The notes beneath the pieces are model-generated. The model was not told the origin of the DNA and did not search any database. It saw only the letters and a list, made by a program, of their open reading frames with translations. Position numbers and translations under genes: made by a program. From contig MFQZ01000004.1 in assembly GCA_001784435.1 (NCBI GenBank), forward strand, positions 1-53,703: a DNA stretch of 53,703 bases, read 5' to 3'. Origin of the DNA: Candidatus Magasanikbacteria bacterium RIFOXYC2_FULL_42_28 (GTDB lineage: Bacteria > Patescibacteriota > Patescibacteriia > Magasanikbacterales > GWA2-37-8). This document shows positions 18,680-27,939 of this stretch, one piece after another. Each line of letters starts with the position of its first letter. Position 1 is the first letter of the stretch.

Positions 18680-19756
18680 ATGGTTTTACCTCCCCACCTC
18701 CCTCCCCAAACTTGCGATATTAAACGTTATCATCAATTCCAACGCCTCAAAATTCTTTTGGTCGCGACCGTGTTTGGTTTGGTGGCCGGACTTTCGGGCG
18801 CATCCATGATGATCGGTTGGATTTGGCCAGGGTTTGGCGGTGGGGACAGTTGGGTAGTGTCGCAACGGTTGGGAGTGGCGAGTCGTAATCAGTTGGAAGA
18901 ACGGGTGGCGACCGAGGTTTTTGAACGCGTGGCCGAAGTATATTCGGCGGGTGAAATTAATCGTGGCGTCGTGACTTTGCCGCAAAAAAATTATTTGGGT
19001 CAAGCGACGGTAATTTCGTCCGATGGTTGGCTCGTGCTGTATTTGCCTCGTCCGGTGGGAAATTATCGCGTTTGGCAAGTGGTATTGCCGGGGGGCGCGG
19101 TTTATGACGTTGATAAATTTTTGGCTGATAAATTATCAGGCTTGGTTTTTTTACATTTGATTTCCAAAGAAACCGAAGCGGTCGGTGGCAATGTTCAATT
19201 TAAAGTCGCCGGTTTGGCCGATAGTTTAGATATTGATTCTGATTTGTATGTTTTAAGCGCGGACACTTGGCGCTTAACCACGAAAATCAATGACGCCAAT
19301 TTTTCCGAAAATTATCCCCACTTGGATTCGGTGCCTACCGGACGGGCGGTTTTGGACGCCGATTTTAATGTTGGTCAAATAGTGGTAAACAATCAGGGGC
19401 GTTTGGCCGGTTTCGTTACCGACAGTCGTTTGATTTTGCCTTTTCAATATATTAGTCGGCTTTTGCCCGGCGTGTTGAATGAACAGAAAATAATTTATCC
19501 GACCTTAGGTTTAGAGGGCTGGTATTCGGATGAGCAATCGATTGCGATTGCTGGTCAAACGGTCAACGGATTTTTTGTGAGCAAGGGCGCCGGTGAGTTG
19601 CGCGCGGGGGATATAATAGTGGAAGCAAATGGCCTGTTGGCAGAAAATGACAAAATGTGGTATAATGTAAAAGCTGACGAGATCATAAAATTGAAAGTTT
19701 TACGCGCTGGCAAAAATTTGGATTTGGAAGTTAAAATTTTAGAAAAGAAATTTTAA
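18680..19756 (+). CDS. HtrA/S1C-fold protein with TM anchor and PDZ domain, catalytic residues apparently degenerate
   Basis: GQATVISSDGW, LVFLHL, VVNNQGRLAGFV, PTLGL, LRAGDIIVEANG match the HtrA layout. No GNSGG motif. Confidence 0.7.
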   Translation: MVLPPHLPPQTCDIKRYHQFQRLKILLVATVFGLVAGLSGASMMIGWIWPGFGGGDSWVVSQRLGVASRNQLEERVATEVFERVAEVYSAGEINRGVVTLPQKNYLGQATVISSDGWLVLYLPRPVGNYRVWQVVLPGGAVYDVDKFLADKLSGLVFLHLISKETEAVGGNVQFKVAGLADSLDIDSDLYVLSADTWRLTTKINDANFSENYPHLDSVPTGRAVLDADFNVGQIVVNNQGRLAGFVTDSRLILPFQYISRLLPGVLNEQKIIYPTLGLEGWYSDEQSIAIAGQTVNGFFVSKGAGELRAGDIIVEANGLLAENDKMWYNVKADEIIKLKVLRAGKNLDLEVKILEKKF

Positions 19757-19765
19757 ATATTCATT

Positions 19766-20377
19766 ATGTTTATTGTCATTCAAAAACATCTCAAATTAAT
19801 TATCGTCTGGGGGTTGATTTTCGCGGTTTTGTCAGTGCTCGTCAGTTTATTGTTCCCCAAATATTTTTCGGCCGAGTCGCAGGTCTTGATTATCTCGCGC
19901 GATCGCACCGGTGTTGACCCCTATACTCAAGCCAAAGCGGCCGAACGCACGGGCGAAAATTTAGCCGCGGTGATGCAAACTTCGGATTTTTATGATAAGG
20001 TGATGGAAGAGGCGGAGGTGTCGTTTGACAAAACCGCTTGGACTGGTTTGACCGAACGCGCTCGGCGTAAGGCCTGGACCAAAAATGTGCGCGCCGAAAT
20101 GATGTATGGTACCAGTTTATTAAAAGCGACCGTTTACGCGTCTACGCGCGAGCAGGCCTTGGCGTTTTCGGACGTGGTTAGTAAAACTATCGCCGCGCGC
20201 GGTTGGGAATATGTCGGGGGCGATGTGGCGATTAAAGTTGTGAGCGTGCCATATGCCAAAAATTGGCCCAGTCGGCCTAATTTGGCCATGAATGGTTTGG
20301 CTGGATTTATTTTGGGGGCGGTGTTGTCGGCTTGGTGGGCGATAAAATATCGCAAACATCTGTTTGGTAAAATTTAA
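19766..20377 (+). CDS. Wzz/CapA-like polysaccharide chain-length determinant family protein
   Basis: N-terminal TM, PKYFSAESQVLI, C-terminal PSRPNLAMNGLAGFILG TM. Confidence 0.75.
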   Translation: MFIVIQKHLKLIIVWGLIFAVLSVLVSLLFPKYFSAESQVLIISRDRTGVDPYTQAKAAERTGENLAAVMQTSDFYDKVMEEAEVSFDKTAWTGLTERARRKAWTKNVRAEMMYGTSLLKATVYASTREQALAFSDVVSKTIAARGWEYVGGDVAIKVVSVPYAKNWPSRPNLAMNGLAGFILGAVLSAWWAIKYRKHLFGKI

Positions 20378-20410
20378 TTTAAATAATAATTAATTATTAA
20401 TTTATTTTGT

Positions 20411-20734
20411 ATGCCAGTACAAACAACCAATCCAATTGAGGAATATGTGTTAGAGGCCCTAAAAGCCAACGGTTTTGAAAAAATGAACGACGAAGCGCAG
20501 GCGACATATTTCCCGCAATTTGTGGCGCATGCTGAACAGCGCTTGGGCGCGGCGTTACTCCCGTTTATGAATGAAAAATCCGCCAACGAATTTGCGAAAT
20601 TAATGAAAAATTCCAAAATTGACCCAAAGGTTTGGTGGCAGTTTTGGGAAAAAAATGTGCCGAATTTTGTGGAAGTAGTCAAAAAGACCTTGGCGGATTT
20701 TGCAGTCGAGGTAAAACAGGCATTTGGTGAATAA
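20411..20734 (+). CDS. Small helical hypothetical protein (resembles CPR DUF5663-type proteins)
   Basis: 107-aa ORF in an apparent operon. Family resemblance from memory only. Confidence 0.7.
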   Translation: MPVQTTNPIEEYVLEALKANGFEKMNDEAQATYFPQFVAHAEQRLGAALLPFMNEKSANEFAKLMKNSKIDPKVWWQFWEKNVPNFVEVVKKTLADFAVEVKQAFGE

Positions 20735-20736
20735 TT

Positions 20737-20934
20737 ATGACAGACGCGGAGGAACAAATTTTAAAAAATGAAAAAATTGATCCGATTGTCGCGGTCGCCA
20801 ATTTCGCGTTGGCAAAATTTTTGGCAAAATTGAATGTGGCGGAAGGAGAAACGAAAATTTTAGAAGATGAGTTGCGTGCTTTGGAGCGGGATGTTAAAAT
20901 GAGAAAAATAAAAACTATTATTAATAAAGAATAA
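20737..20934 (+). CDS. Small hypothetical protein, 65 aa
   Basis: Tightly packed between neighbouring ORFs (2-4 nt gaps). Confidence 0.7.
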   Translation: MTDAEEQILKNEKIDPIVAVANFALAKFLAKLNVAEGETKILEDELRALERDVKMRKIKTIINKE

Positions 20935-20938
20935 TAAT

Positions 20939-23900
20939 ATGCCAGATAGACATGTCCAACAAAGCACGCCCGAAGCGTGGCACAATTTCGATGCTAGTAA
21001 TTTTGCGGTTGGCGATTATGTCACTTATTTTGATCCGGCCGACGAGCGGTGGCATTTTGCTCAATTAGATGCGAATCCACGCCATAATACTCGCAATAAA
21101 ACAGTGGAATTGTATTTGAACGATGAAAACGGCGCCCCCCTCCCTGATTTAGAGTCGCCCTTGCCACCAAAGAGGATTCATCTACAAGAAGGCGGAGTAA
21201 TAATTAGGGGGCAAAGGTATGAGGTAGATCGAAATTTGCCTTATAACGATATTGTAGTTGACGAAAATGGTAACGCCTATGCCACTTTATGGCCGGTTGA
21301 TGCCACCGGCAATACCATCCCTGATTTGGATGAATTACCTAACATGAATTTAAGCATGTTGGAAAAAGTTCAGCGCACCAGCCGTGATGAGGCCGAAGCG
21401 GATACTCGCGTCGCCACTATTCATGAATTGCAGAATCGTACGAACGATGTCGCCACTGTTAAACGCAAAGAATTTGTCAAACGGTTAAATGATCTGGAAA
21501 AAACCATTGAAGATTTAATTAACAAATTGGGATCTTGGAACGAGTGGAACGACCGCGATGATCGGGAGATTAATGCTGTTAAACAAGAGGCCGCCCAGAT
21601 CTATAAGAAAGTCGACGCGGATTTGGAGAAACTGCGCCGTGATTTGGATGCTGTTTTATCTAAACAAGCCGAGGCCGGTAATGAGGCAATTACCGAAGGA
21701 CGCCGAAAAGTCGCAGTTGATTTGGACGGGGCTGTTTCAAAGAGCGCGAGTAAGATTGCCAAGGCGTGGGAAAAATACGATAAAGAGGTGGCCGACTCCA
21801 AGAAAATTTGGGATCAATACGATAAAGACAAAAAAGCGTTTGATGATGCCGCCGCGGCTCCGGCTCCGGCCGCGGGGGGCAAACCACCCCGACCGGCCGC
21901 TCCTAAGAAAGAACCGACGATTCCTACTGTTCCCCGAGAGTCCGTTATCACACCGCCCACGGAACCACGCGATAAAAATTTTATTGCTGCCGGCAGTTAT
22001 AACAGTTTAGCAACTCATAGGCCTCCGCTTAGCGCCGAACACGCCGAGATAATTCGTTTGGTGACTGAGCGGTTTGCGGCTTGGGAGAACGGGGTAGACG
22101 GTACACCTTCTCCCGAAGATCGGACGGAAAAAACCGGTGAGATATTTTTGGCGGTATTAGAAGAGATGAAAAACGCGCCCAAAGTGGAAGCCGAGCCGTT
22201 TGATTTTGCCAAAGAAAAAGAAGAATTGGAAACAGAGGCCAAAGCCCTTTGGGACCGCGCTAGCGACGGCGGCTACGAGCCGGTAATGGATTTAATCAGA
22301 AATAGTCGAGAGGACATTCATAATCTGAAAAAGAAAGATAAAAATGCCCAAAGAAACATGGCGGAAATTTGGAAAAAATTGGGTAATATTGAAATTACTT
22401 TATTTAAAAAAGAGAGAAAAGATAAAACACCGAATGAAAAAGTCAAAGAACGGGATATCGACATCCCCGATACTTTGGTTGGAGAAATTATCCAATCGCG
22501 TCCGCAGGAATTGTTCAATTTAATGTTGGATATGTATCGGAATGAGTATTCGGAAACAGGCTATACTTCCAAAGGTTTGCCAATGGAGGATATTGTTGCT
22601 GATCGTTTGAAAAATTTATTCGCCGCTCCGCCTGCCGGTCCAGCCGGTCAAAGAATTTTGGCAGATTTAGCTCGACACGGTATTCGCGATTGGAATCATT
22701 TTACCTTGCTGTGGGAGCAGAAATACGCTTTGCGCGCTTCCAAAGTATTGCACGAAACTGTTCGTGCCGATATCAACAATGATACTGCTCGCCATATTAG
22801 CGGTTGGGACAAAGCGCGAGCGATGTTACCGCAACTTGCCAAAAGAATTGTCACCACAGCCGTATTAGTTGGCGGTTGTGCCTTGGGCGCTTCGGTGCTG
22901 GTCCCAGCTGGCGCGACTGCTTTAGTTGCCGGGGCAGCAGTTGTTGGTGGTGGTACTGTCGGTGGCGCTGTTCGCGGTGTTTTACAAAAATTTTGGTTTG
23001 GCAGAAAAGTCCAAGAAGATCGAGACAAAAAAACCATGGAGGACTTGACCAACCGCACGCGCGACCAGCGCATTCAAATGTATTTGGCGCAACGGTTCAA
23101 TTTTAATCCCGCTGATTTTGATATTAATAGGAGTTTTAACGGCGGAACAGTTAATGCTGTCACCGGTTTAAACAATGCTGCCGATACGGTTGCGGAACTT
23201 TCCGCTTTGATTGCCGAGGCCACGCGGGTGGCCGGAAAAGAGGCGATTGAGATTGATGATGCCGACCGTCCGCCGGCCGGAATTGTCCTTACCGGCGATG
23301 CTTTGCGAACCTATGTTCGCGCTTTGGCCGCTTGGCGCGCGCGTGAACACGGCCGAGAAATTTTACCGGAAGAAAAGAAAAAATTAGCCGAGACAATAAT
23401 TGGTATAGTAGAGGGTAAAAATGAATTGGCGGAAGGCGACAAAGCCGCAGCCACCGGTTTGACCGGTGAGGGATTGGAAATGTATATCAATGTTTTGAAA
23501 AAAATTCGTCGTGAAGGTGATAGTCCCAATGAAAAACAGAAAAAAGCGTGCGCTTTGGCAATCGCGCGTTTAACGCAAGGCGCCGAAGTAACACAGGTTT
23601 TGGCTGCTGCCGGATCTGACCCAATCGTTATTCGGTTGTTTGATGGCATTGCCCAAGGATTTAGCGGTCAATCAGCGAAAAAATATGGTTGGAAAGGGGT
23701 CGCCGGAACAGCTGCTTTGGGTGGTGGTATGGCCGGAGCGTTTTTACTAAACAGTGGTGCCGCCCGGGCGGTGATGGGCGCGATTGGTGGAGGCGCGAGC
23801 GGTTATCATATGGGTGAGGGTATTCGCAAAGGGCGTGAATATCGAGATGGGCGAACGCGGTTTGATGTTGTGTTTACACAAACACGAACTTTGCAGGATA

Positions 23901-26269
23901 GATTCAATGTGAATCCGGCTACTCTTACCGCGGACGAATTAAATGATTTGGCGGATGACGTTCGCCTGCTGAATCGTTGGCTAAAAAATAATGCCGATAC
24001 GATTGAAGATTCGCGCGCGGTGGATTATATCAATCAGAATCCGGTTACTCGCAAACAATTGGAAAATTTGGTTTACGAGGCCTACAATCGCGGTGTGTTT
24101 GCCCGTTTGGCCTTGGAAAAACTCAACAATTTTACCAATTCACAAGTTTTGGGTAGTTTGGAGAGTGATAATTTGGGTGTAAAAGCCGATGGCAATATTA
24201 GTCAACCGGACAAAGATCGCGAACGACGCCGAATTTTACTTTGGCGTATTGGTTCAACGGCAGTGGGCGCTTTAGCTGGCGCCGGTTTGGCTTGGGGGGC
24301 CGGTGAATTGTTTAGTCGCGCTAAAAATGCCGGCGCGGATGCTTTGCGTGAAAAATTTGGCATTGGCGCGGTGGCGGCCGGAGCGACTGTCCCCGGCAGT
24401 GGCGCTGGCGGGGCGGAACATGTGCCGGGTGGCCGTAGTGGCCACGGTGCTGAAGTAATTAGTCCCGACCCGGCCACAAGTGGTGGCACCGAACATTTAC
24501 CAACCGGCGAAAGACCGCCGGCGATCGCGCATTATGAATTACACGACACCCGGCTCCCGGGAGCTCCCAAATACGAAGGCATGTGGCGCGCGATTGAAAG
24601 TTTCAAGGGCGATTCTCATTTTAAGGGAATGTCCAATCATGATTATACCGATTGGCTTAAAACCGAAATGGAACGGATGGGTTATAAATTTTTAGACGGT
24701 ACCCACAAAATCGCGCACCCGTTTGATGAAAATCCCGGCGATAGGGTAGAATTATTTGTTGATGGTGAAGGTAATCCACACGTGCGCTTTTTGAATGCCG
24801 ATGGTTCGGATAAAGTGGCAATGGACCATTATAATATTGAGACGCGAGTGGGTGGAAAACCAGTGGTGGGAGCGGAAATAGAAACAAAGTTTGCCGGCTT
24901 TAATAAATTGGCGCATGAATTTGCGGACCAATGGAACAAGCCGGGTGCCGATCATGATAATTTAATAAAGAATTTTCCAATTGCTGATTTGGACTCTATT
25001 AAATCCATCAATGTTTACGGAGAGCGCGGAAGTGTAGTGGTTGAATTTACTGACAATACACAGGGGCTTTATCATCCGGTAAAAGCACTGACTGGAAATG
25101 GGTGGATTTTGCAGTCTGGCCGTGAAAATTTACAAGATGTTTTTGAGCAGGGAGTATATGATTACAATTCAAGCAAGTTGCACCCAATAGAAAATGGCGG
25201 TGTGAGATACTATGAATTGCCGGGGAAAGTTATGACTAACGGGAATAGGGCTGGTCAAGATTTTTCGATGTTATATGATATTGGTGGCAATCCAGTTGGT
25301 TATAAATTAGATGGTCTAGTAACAATTGGTCCATATCATTCAGCGATAATGGAAGGCAATAGATGGCCGGTCGGCACACCAGCGCATATTGATGTTCGCG
25401 GTGAAGGATTCAAATGGTTAACAGGCGACGCTATTAATTCAACCGACCAAGCCAGAATTTCCGCCGCGGCCGGCGGGTATGATGTCGTGCCACGATATAC
25501 CGGTGGTGGGGGAGGGACGGGGTTAAGGCCGGAGGCGGGGGCGAGCGGTGGCGGTGTGCCAATAGAAACACATCCACCGGCCAATGATGCCGTGTTGCCG
25601 CCAGAGGCGAGGGGTGCTGTCGCTGGCGCGGCCGTGAGCGAAGCCGATGTTTTTCAAGATTCTTTGCGCCCTGGTAAGGGGGCAACTGCCCAGTCGGCTT
25701 CGGCCGAACAGGTATTGTCGCCATCTGCTGTTGATGTCAGTGTTTCGCGCGGTTGGTATGGTGGTCGTGTTCTTGAGTTGTTTACTAAAGAGTTTAATTC
25801 TGTATCGTCCGAAGCGAACAATCATATCGGCAGTGCGGTAGATTCGTATAATAGACAACTATTGGCCGATGTGAAGGTGCATCCGGAAAATCACCAGCAA
25901 TTTATCTTGGCTAATAAGACCGACAATGAACAAGCGATGCTACAGGCCTATGTCAGTGATCCTTATTTTAGAGCAAATTTTCCAGATGAGTTAAAATTAG
26001 CGTTTGATTATGGCGGTACGGGTATTGAGGAAGCTAAAGTCGTAGGTGGTGATACCGCCAAGGTAATTGGTAATGGGTGTAGCGCATTTACCGCTTCTGT
26101 TGGCGACAGCGGTAAGAAATACTTTCATTATGACCCAGATTATACCTATGCTCGTGCTGTCAGCGGGGATTTAGTCGCCACTAAAGATGGTAACACTTTT
26201 TTGGTAGAATTCAATGGGCTTAATGACGACGGTACCCCCAAAGTTGATTACCAACCATTTAGCAGTTAA
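20939..26269 (+). CDS. Giant 1776-aa protein with coiled-coil, Pro/Ala linker and three Gly/Ala-rich hydrophobic segments
   Basis: Uninterrupted ORF. Hydrophobic GxxxG-rich stretches (IVTTAVLVGG..., GVAGTAALGGG..., IGSTAVGALAGAG...). Confidence 0.9.
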   Translation: MPDRHVQQSTPEAWHNFDASNFAVGDYVTYFDPADERWHFAQLDANPRHNTRNKTVELYLNDENGAPLPDLESPLPPKRIHLQEGGVIIRGQRYEVDRNLPYNDIVVDENGNAYATLWPVDATGNTIPDLDELPNMNLSMLEKVQRTSRDEAEADTRVATIHELQNRTNDVATVKRKEFVKRLNDLEKTIEDLINKLGSWNEWNDRDDREINAVKQEAAQIYKKVDADLEKLRRDLDAVLSKQAEAGNEAITEGRRKVAVDLDGAVSKSASKIAKAWEKYDKEVADSKKIWDQYDKDKKAFDDAAAAPAPAAGGKPPRPAAPKKEPTIPTVPRESVITPPTEPRDKNFIAAGSYNSLATHRPPLSAEHAEIIRLVTERFAAWENGVDGTPSPEDRTEKTGEIFLAVLEEMKNAPKVEAEPFDFAKEKEELETEAKALWDRASDGGYEPVMDLIRNSREDIHNLKKKDKNAQRNMAEIWKKLGNIEITLFKKERKDKTPNEKVKERDIDIPDTLVGEIIQSRPQELFNLMLDMYRNEYSETGYTSKGLPMEDIVADRLKNLFAAPPAGPAGQRILADLARHGIRDWNHFTLLWEQKYALRASKVLHETVRADINNDTARHISGWDKARAMLPQLAKRIVTTAVLVGGCALGASVLVPAGATALVAGAAVVGGGTVGGAVRGVLQKFWFGRKVQEDRDKKTMEDLTNRTRDQRIQMYLAQRFNFNPADFDINRSFNGGTVNAVTGLNNAADTVAELSALIAEATRVAGKEAIEIDDADRPPAGIVLTGDALRTYVRALAAWRAREHGREILPEEKKKLAETIIGIVEGKNELAEGDKAAATGLTGEGLEMYINVLKKIRREGDSPNEKQKKACALAIARLTQGAEVTQVLAAAGSDPIVIRLFDGIAQGFSGQSAKKYGWKGVAGTAALGGGMAGAFLLNSGAARAVMGAIGGGASGYHMGEGIRKGREYRDGRTRFDVVFTQTRTLQDRFNVNPATLTADELNDLADDVRLLNRWLKNNADTIEDSRAVDYINQNPVTRKQLENLVYEAYNRGVFARLALEKLNNFTNSQVLGSLESDNLGVKADGNISQPDKDRERRRILLWRIGSTAVGALAGAGLAWGAGELFSRAKNAGADALREKFGIGAVAAGATVPGSGAGGAEHVPGGRSGHGAEVISPDPATSGGTEHLPTGERPPAIAHYELHDTRLPGAPKYEGMWRAIESFKGDSHFKGMSNHDYTDWLKTEMERMGYKFLDGTHKIAHPFDENPGDRVELFVDGEGNPHVRFLNADGSDKVAMDHYNIETRVGGKPVVGAEIETKFAGFNKLAHEFADQWNKPGADHDNLIKNFPIADLDSIKSINVYGERGSVVVEFTDNTQGLYHPVKALTGNGWILQSGRENLQDVFEQGVYDYNSSKLHPIENGGVRYYELPGKVMTNGNRAGQDFSMLYDIGGNPVGYKLDGLVTIGPYHSAIMEGNRWPVGTPAHIDVRGEGFKWLTGDAINSTDQARISAAAGGYDVVPRYTGGGGGTGLRPEAGASGGGVPIETHPPANDAVLPPEARGAVAGAAVSEADVFQDSLRPGKGATAQSASAEQVLSPSAVDVSVSRGWYGGRVLELFTKEFNSVSSEANNHIGSAVDSYNRQLLADVKVHPENHQQFILANKTDNEQAMLQAYVSDPYFRANFPDELKLAFDYGGTGIEEAKVVGGDTAKVIGNGCSAFTASVGDSGKKYFHYDPDYTYARAVSGDLVATKDGNTFLVEFNGLNDDGTPKVDYQPFSS

Positions 26270-26296
26270 ATTTAGTAGTTAAAATTCTATTAAGAT

Positions 26297-26323
26297 AAAA
26301 TAGGCCTCAAAAAGGCCTATTTT
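26297..26323 (+). terminator. Intrinsic terminator
   Basis: aaaataggcct-caaaa-aggcctatttt. Confidence 0.85.
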
Positions 26324-26392
26324 ATTATGCCAAATTTTGGCTAAAATTAGCATAAATTCAATCAAATTGGGGATAAAATTAGGGTAGGGGGC

Positions 26393-26421
26393 TTGACAAG
26401 AAGCCAAAAGTGTGCTATAAT
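26393..26421 (+). promoter_or_regulatory. Perfect sigma70 promoter TTGACA-N17-TATAAT
   Basis: Exact consensus, with extended TG before the -10. Confidence 0.88.
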
Positions 26422-26426
26422 GACCA

Positions 26427-26622
26427 GTCGTGAAAATATAAAAAAGTTTACTTTTATATATTTGAGCGACGCAGGCATTTCAAGCTTTGCTTATAATGCT
26501 TGGTCAGGATATGAAAGGCGGATGCGTTTTGAGAGAGACGCGAATTCGCCCCAATACTGAAAACGACATACAATCTAAATAAATTGTAATAACCTCTCTC
26601 ATATTATATAGGGAGGTTTTTT
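26427..26622 (+). ncRNA. Candidate ~200-nt structured ncRNA of unknown family
   Basis: Lies between a perfect promoter and the terminator aacctctct..agggaggtttttt. Four hairpins by eye. No listed plus-strand ORF. Confidence 0.55.
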
Positions 26623-26972
26623 AATAAAGTATCGCTCTTTACAATATAAGTCACTCAAAAGCAATAGATTGCCGTCTGTTTTACTGGAATACTCAAGTAA
26701 AGCAAACGGCGATCTAATCCGAAGTTGATGATTTCTGATTCTTGGTTCGTCGGGCTCTTCGCAAGAAGAAACCGACATTAAAGGCCTTCTAGGTAGGCCA
26801 GTATAAAGAAACGCGGACAAACATCAGTTTGTTACGCACTTTATCAAACCTAAACCGTCTTACTCTGAATTTTAGAGCGACGGAAGGAACTGATGGAACC
26901 AAGATGAGGATTTCTGATACTGAAGAGGTGGTTGGAACCGTATGTTCGTAGGTGCGTTACATAGGAGGTCAC

Positions 26973-27488
26973 ATGACCCGCACCACTCAGGCCCTGCTCG
27001 GCGTGTTCGGTCTCGTCCTGGTCGGCGCCATCGCGTTCCTGTCCTTCACCCACACCTCCCGCACGGAGGTGGTGGAGGAGGTCCAGATCCTCCGCCAGGA
27101 GGTCCAGGACGCGAAGTACGCAAAGGCGGACGCCATGTCCGACGAGTTCAAGCTCGTCCGCCGGGAGTTCGCCGCGGCCGACGCCGCGCTCTCCGAGCGC
27201 CTGTCCGGTGTGGAGGGCGGCCTCAAGTCCGCGAACATCCGCATCCGGAAGGCCCGCGAGGAGGCCGGCAACGCGTTGGCCAGCGTCATCAACCTCGAGG
27301 GAGCCCTCGCCCGCAAGGCCGACGCCGAGGCGGTCGAGGACGCGCTCGCCGCCAAGGCCGACGTGGCCGCCCTCGCGACGAAGGCCGACAGCGAGGCCGT
27401 CGAGGCCAACTTCGCGCTCAAGGCCGACGTCGACGCGCTCGCCCGCCGCCTGGCCGGCATCGAGCCGCGCGTCAGCGCCCTCGAGTGA
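26973..27488 (+). CDS. Cassette 1: GC-rich membrane-anchored coiled-coil protein, 171 aa
   Basis: AGGAGG at 26963..26968. N-terminal TM, KAD repeats. Sample line 27121-27180 is 42/60 GC. Confidence 0.85.
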   Translation: MTRTTQALLGVFGLVLVGAIAFLSFTHTSRTEVVEEVQILRQEVQDAKYAKADAMSDEFKLVRREFAAADAALSERLSGVEGGLKSANIRIRKAREEAGNALASVINLEGALARKADAEAVEDALAAKADVAALATKADSEAVEANFALKADVDALARRLAGIEPRVSALE

Positions 27489-27492
27489 TCGA

Positions 27493-27728
27493 AGCCCCAC
27501 ACCATGTGTGGGCAAGCCCCCGCGTCGGGGCAGTGCGCGCAATGTGCACGAAACGACGCCGCGGCAATCCGCCACACGGATCCTTTACCTGGATCACAGC
27601 GGACCGCGCAGTAGGGGGAGGAGAGAATGAGACTATCGAGAGTTTCGGCAAAACTCCTCTCCCTTCCCCTACATCTGTTCATTAAATTGTTAGTGCGCAG
27701 ATGAAGTGGAAGTATTTGTTCTTTAAAA
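27493..27728 (+). ncRNA. Cassette 1 structured 3' element ending in boxA-like tgttctttaaaa
   Basis: Several short hairpins, long stem 27611..27672, last hairpin 27673..27702, purine linker, motif at 27717..27728. Confidence 0.55.
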
Positions 27729-27765
27729 TTTAAGGAGGCGTGTATTCGCCTCTATTTATTTTTAA

Positions 27766-27852
27766 CTGTCATCCCGAGCGTAGCCGAGGGATCCCTTAGA
27801 GTTGGTGTTGTTATCAACTTTAATAAATCCTTTGTTGCGCCCGGAATGACAG
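27766..27852. repeat. TGTCAT-family palindromic element between cassettes 1 and 2
   Basis: ctgtcatcccgagcgtagccgagggatc ... ccggaatgacag. Same family as 15812, 39272, 48722. Confidence 0.8.
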
Positions 27853-27939
27853 TGCAGTTTTTGCTGTTTTCCTTGTTCGTGCTCGCAACCCACCCGATAA
27901 TCGGGGCCCGACAGCGTCGGGTTTTTTGGAGGAAGTCTC

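Noticed and set aside
26599-26820. Minus-strand 73-aa ORF
   Set aside because: No recognisable features, and it overlaps hairpin-rich non-coding DNA. Not supported, though not strictly excluded.
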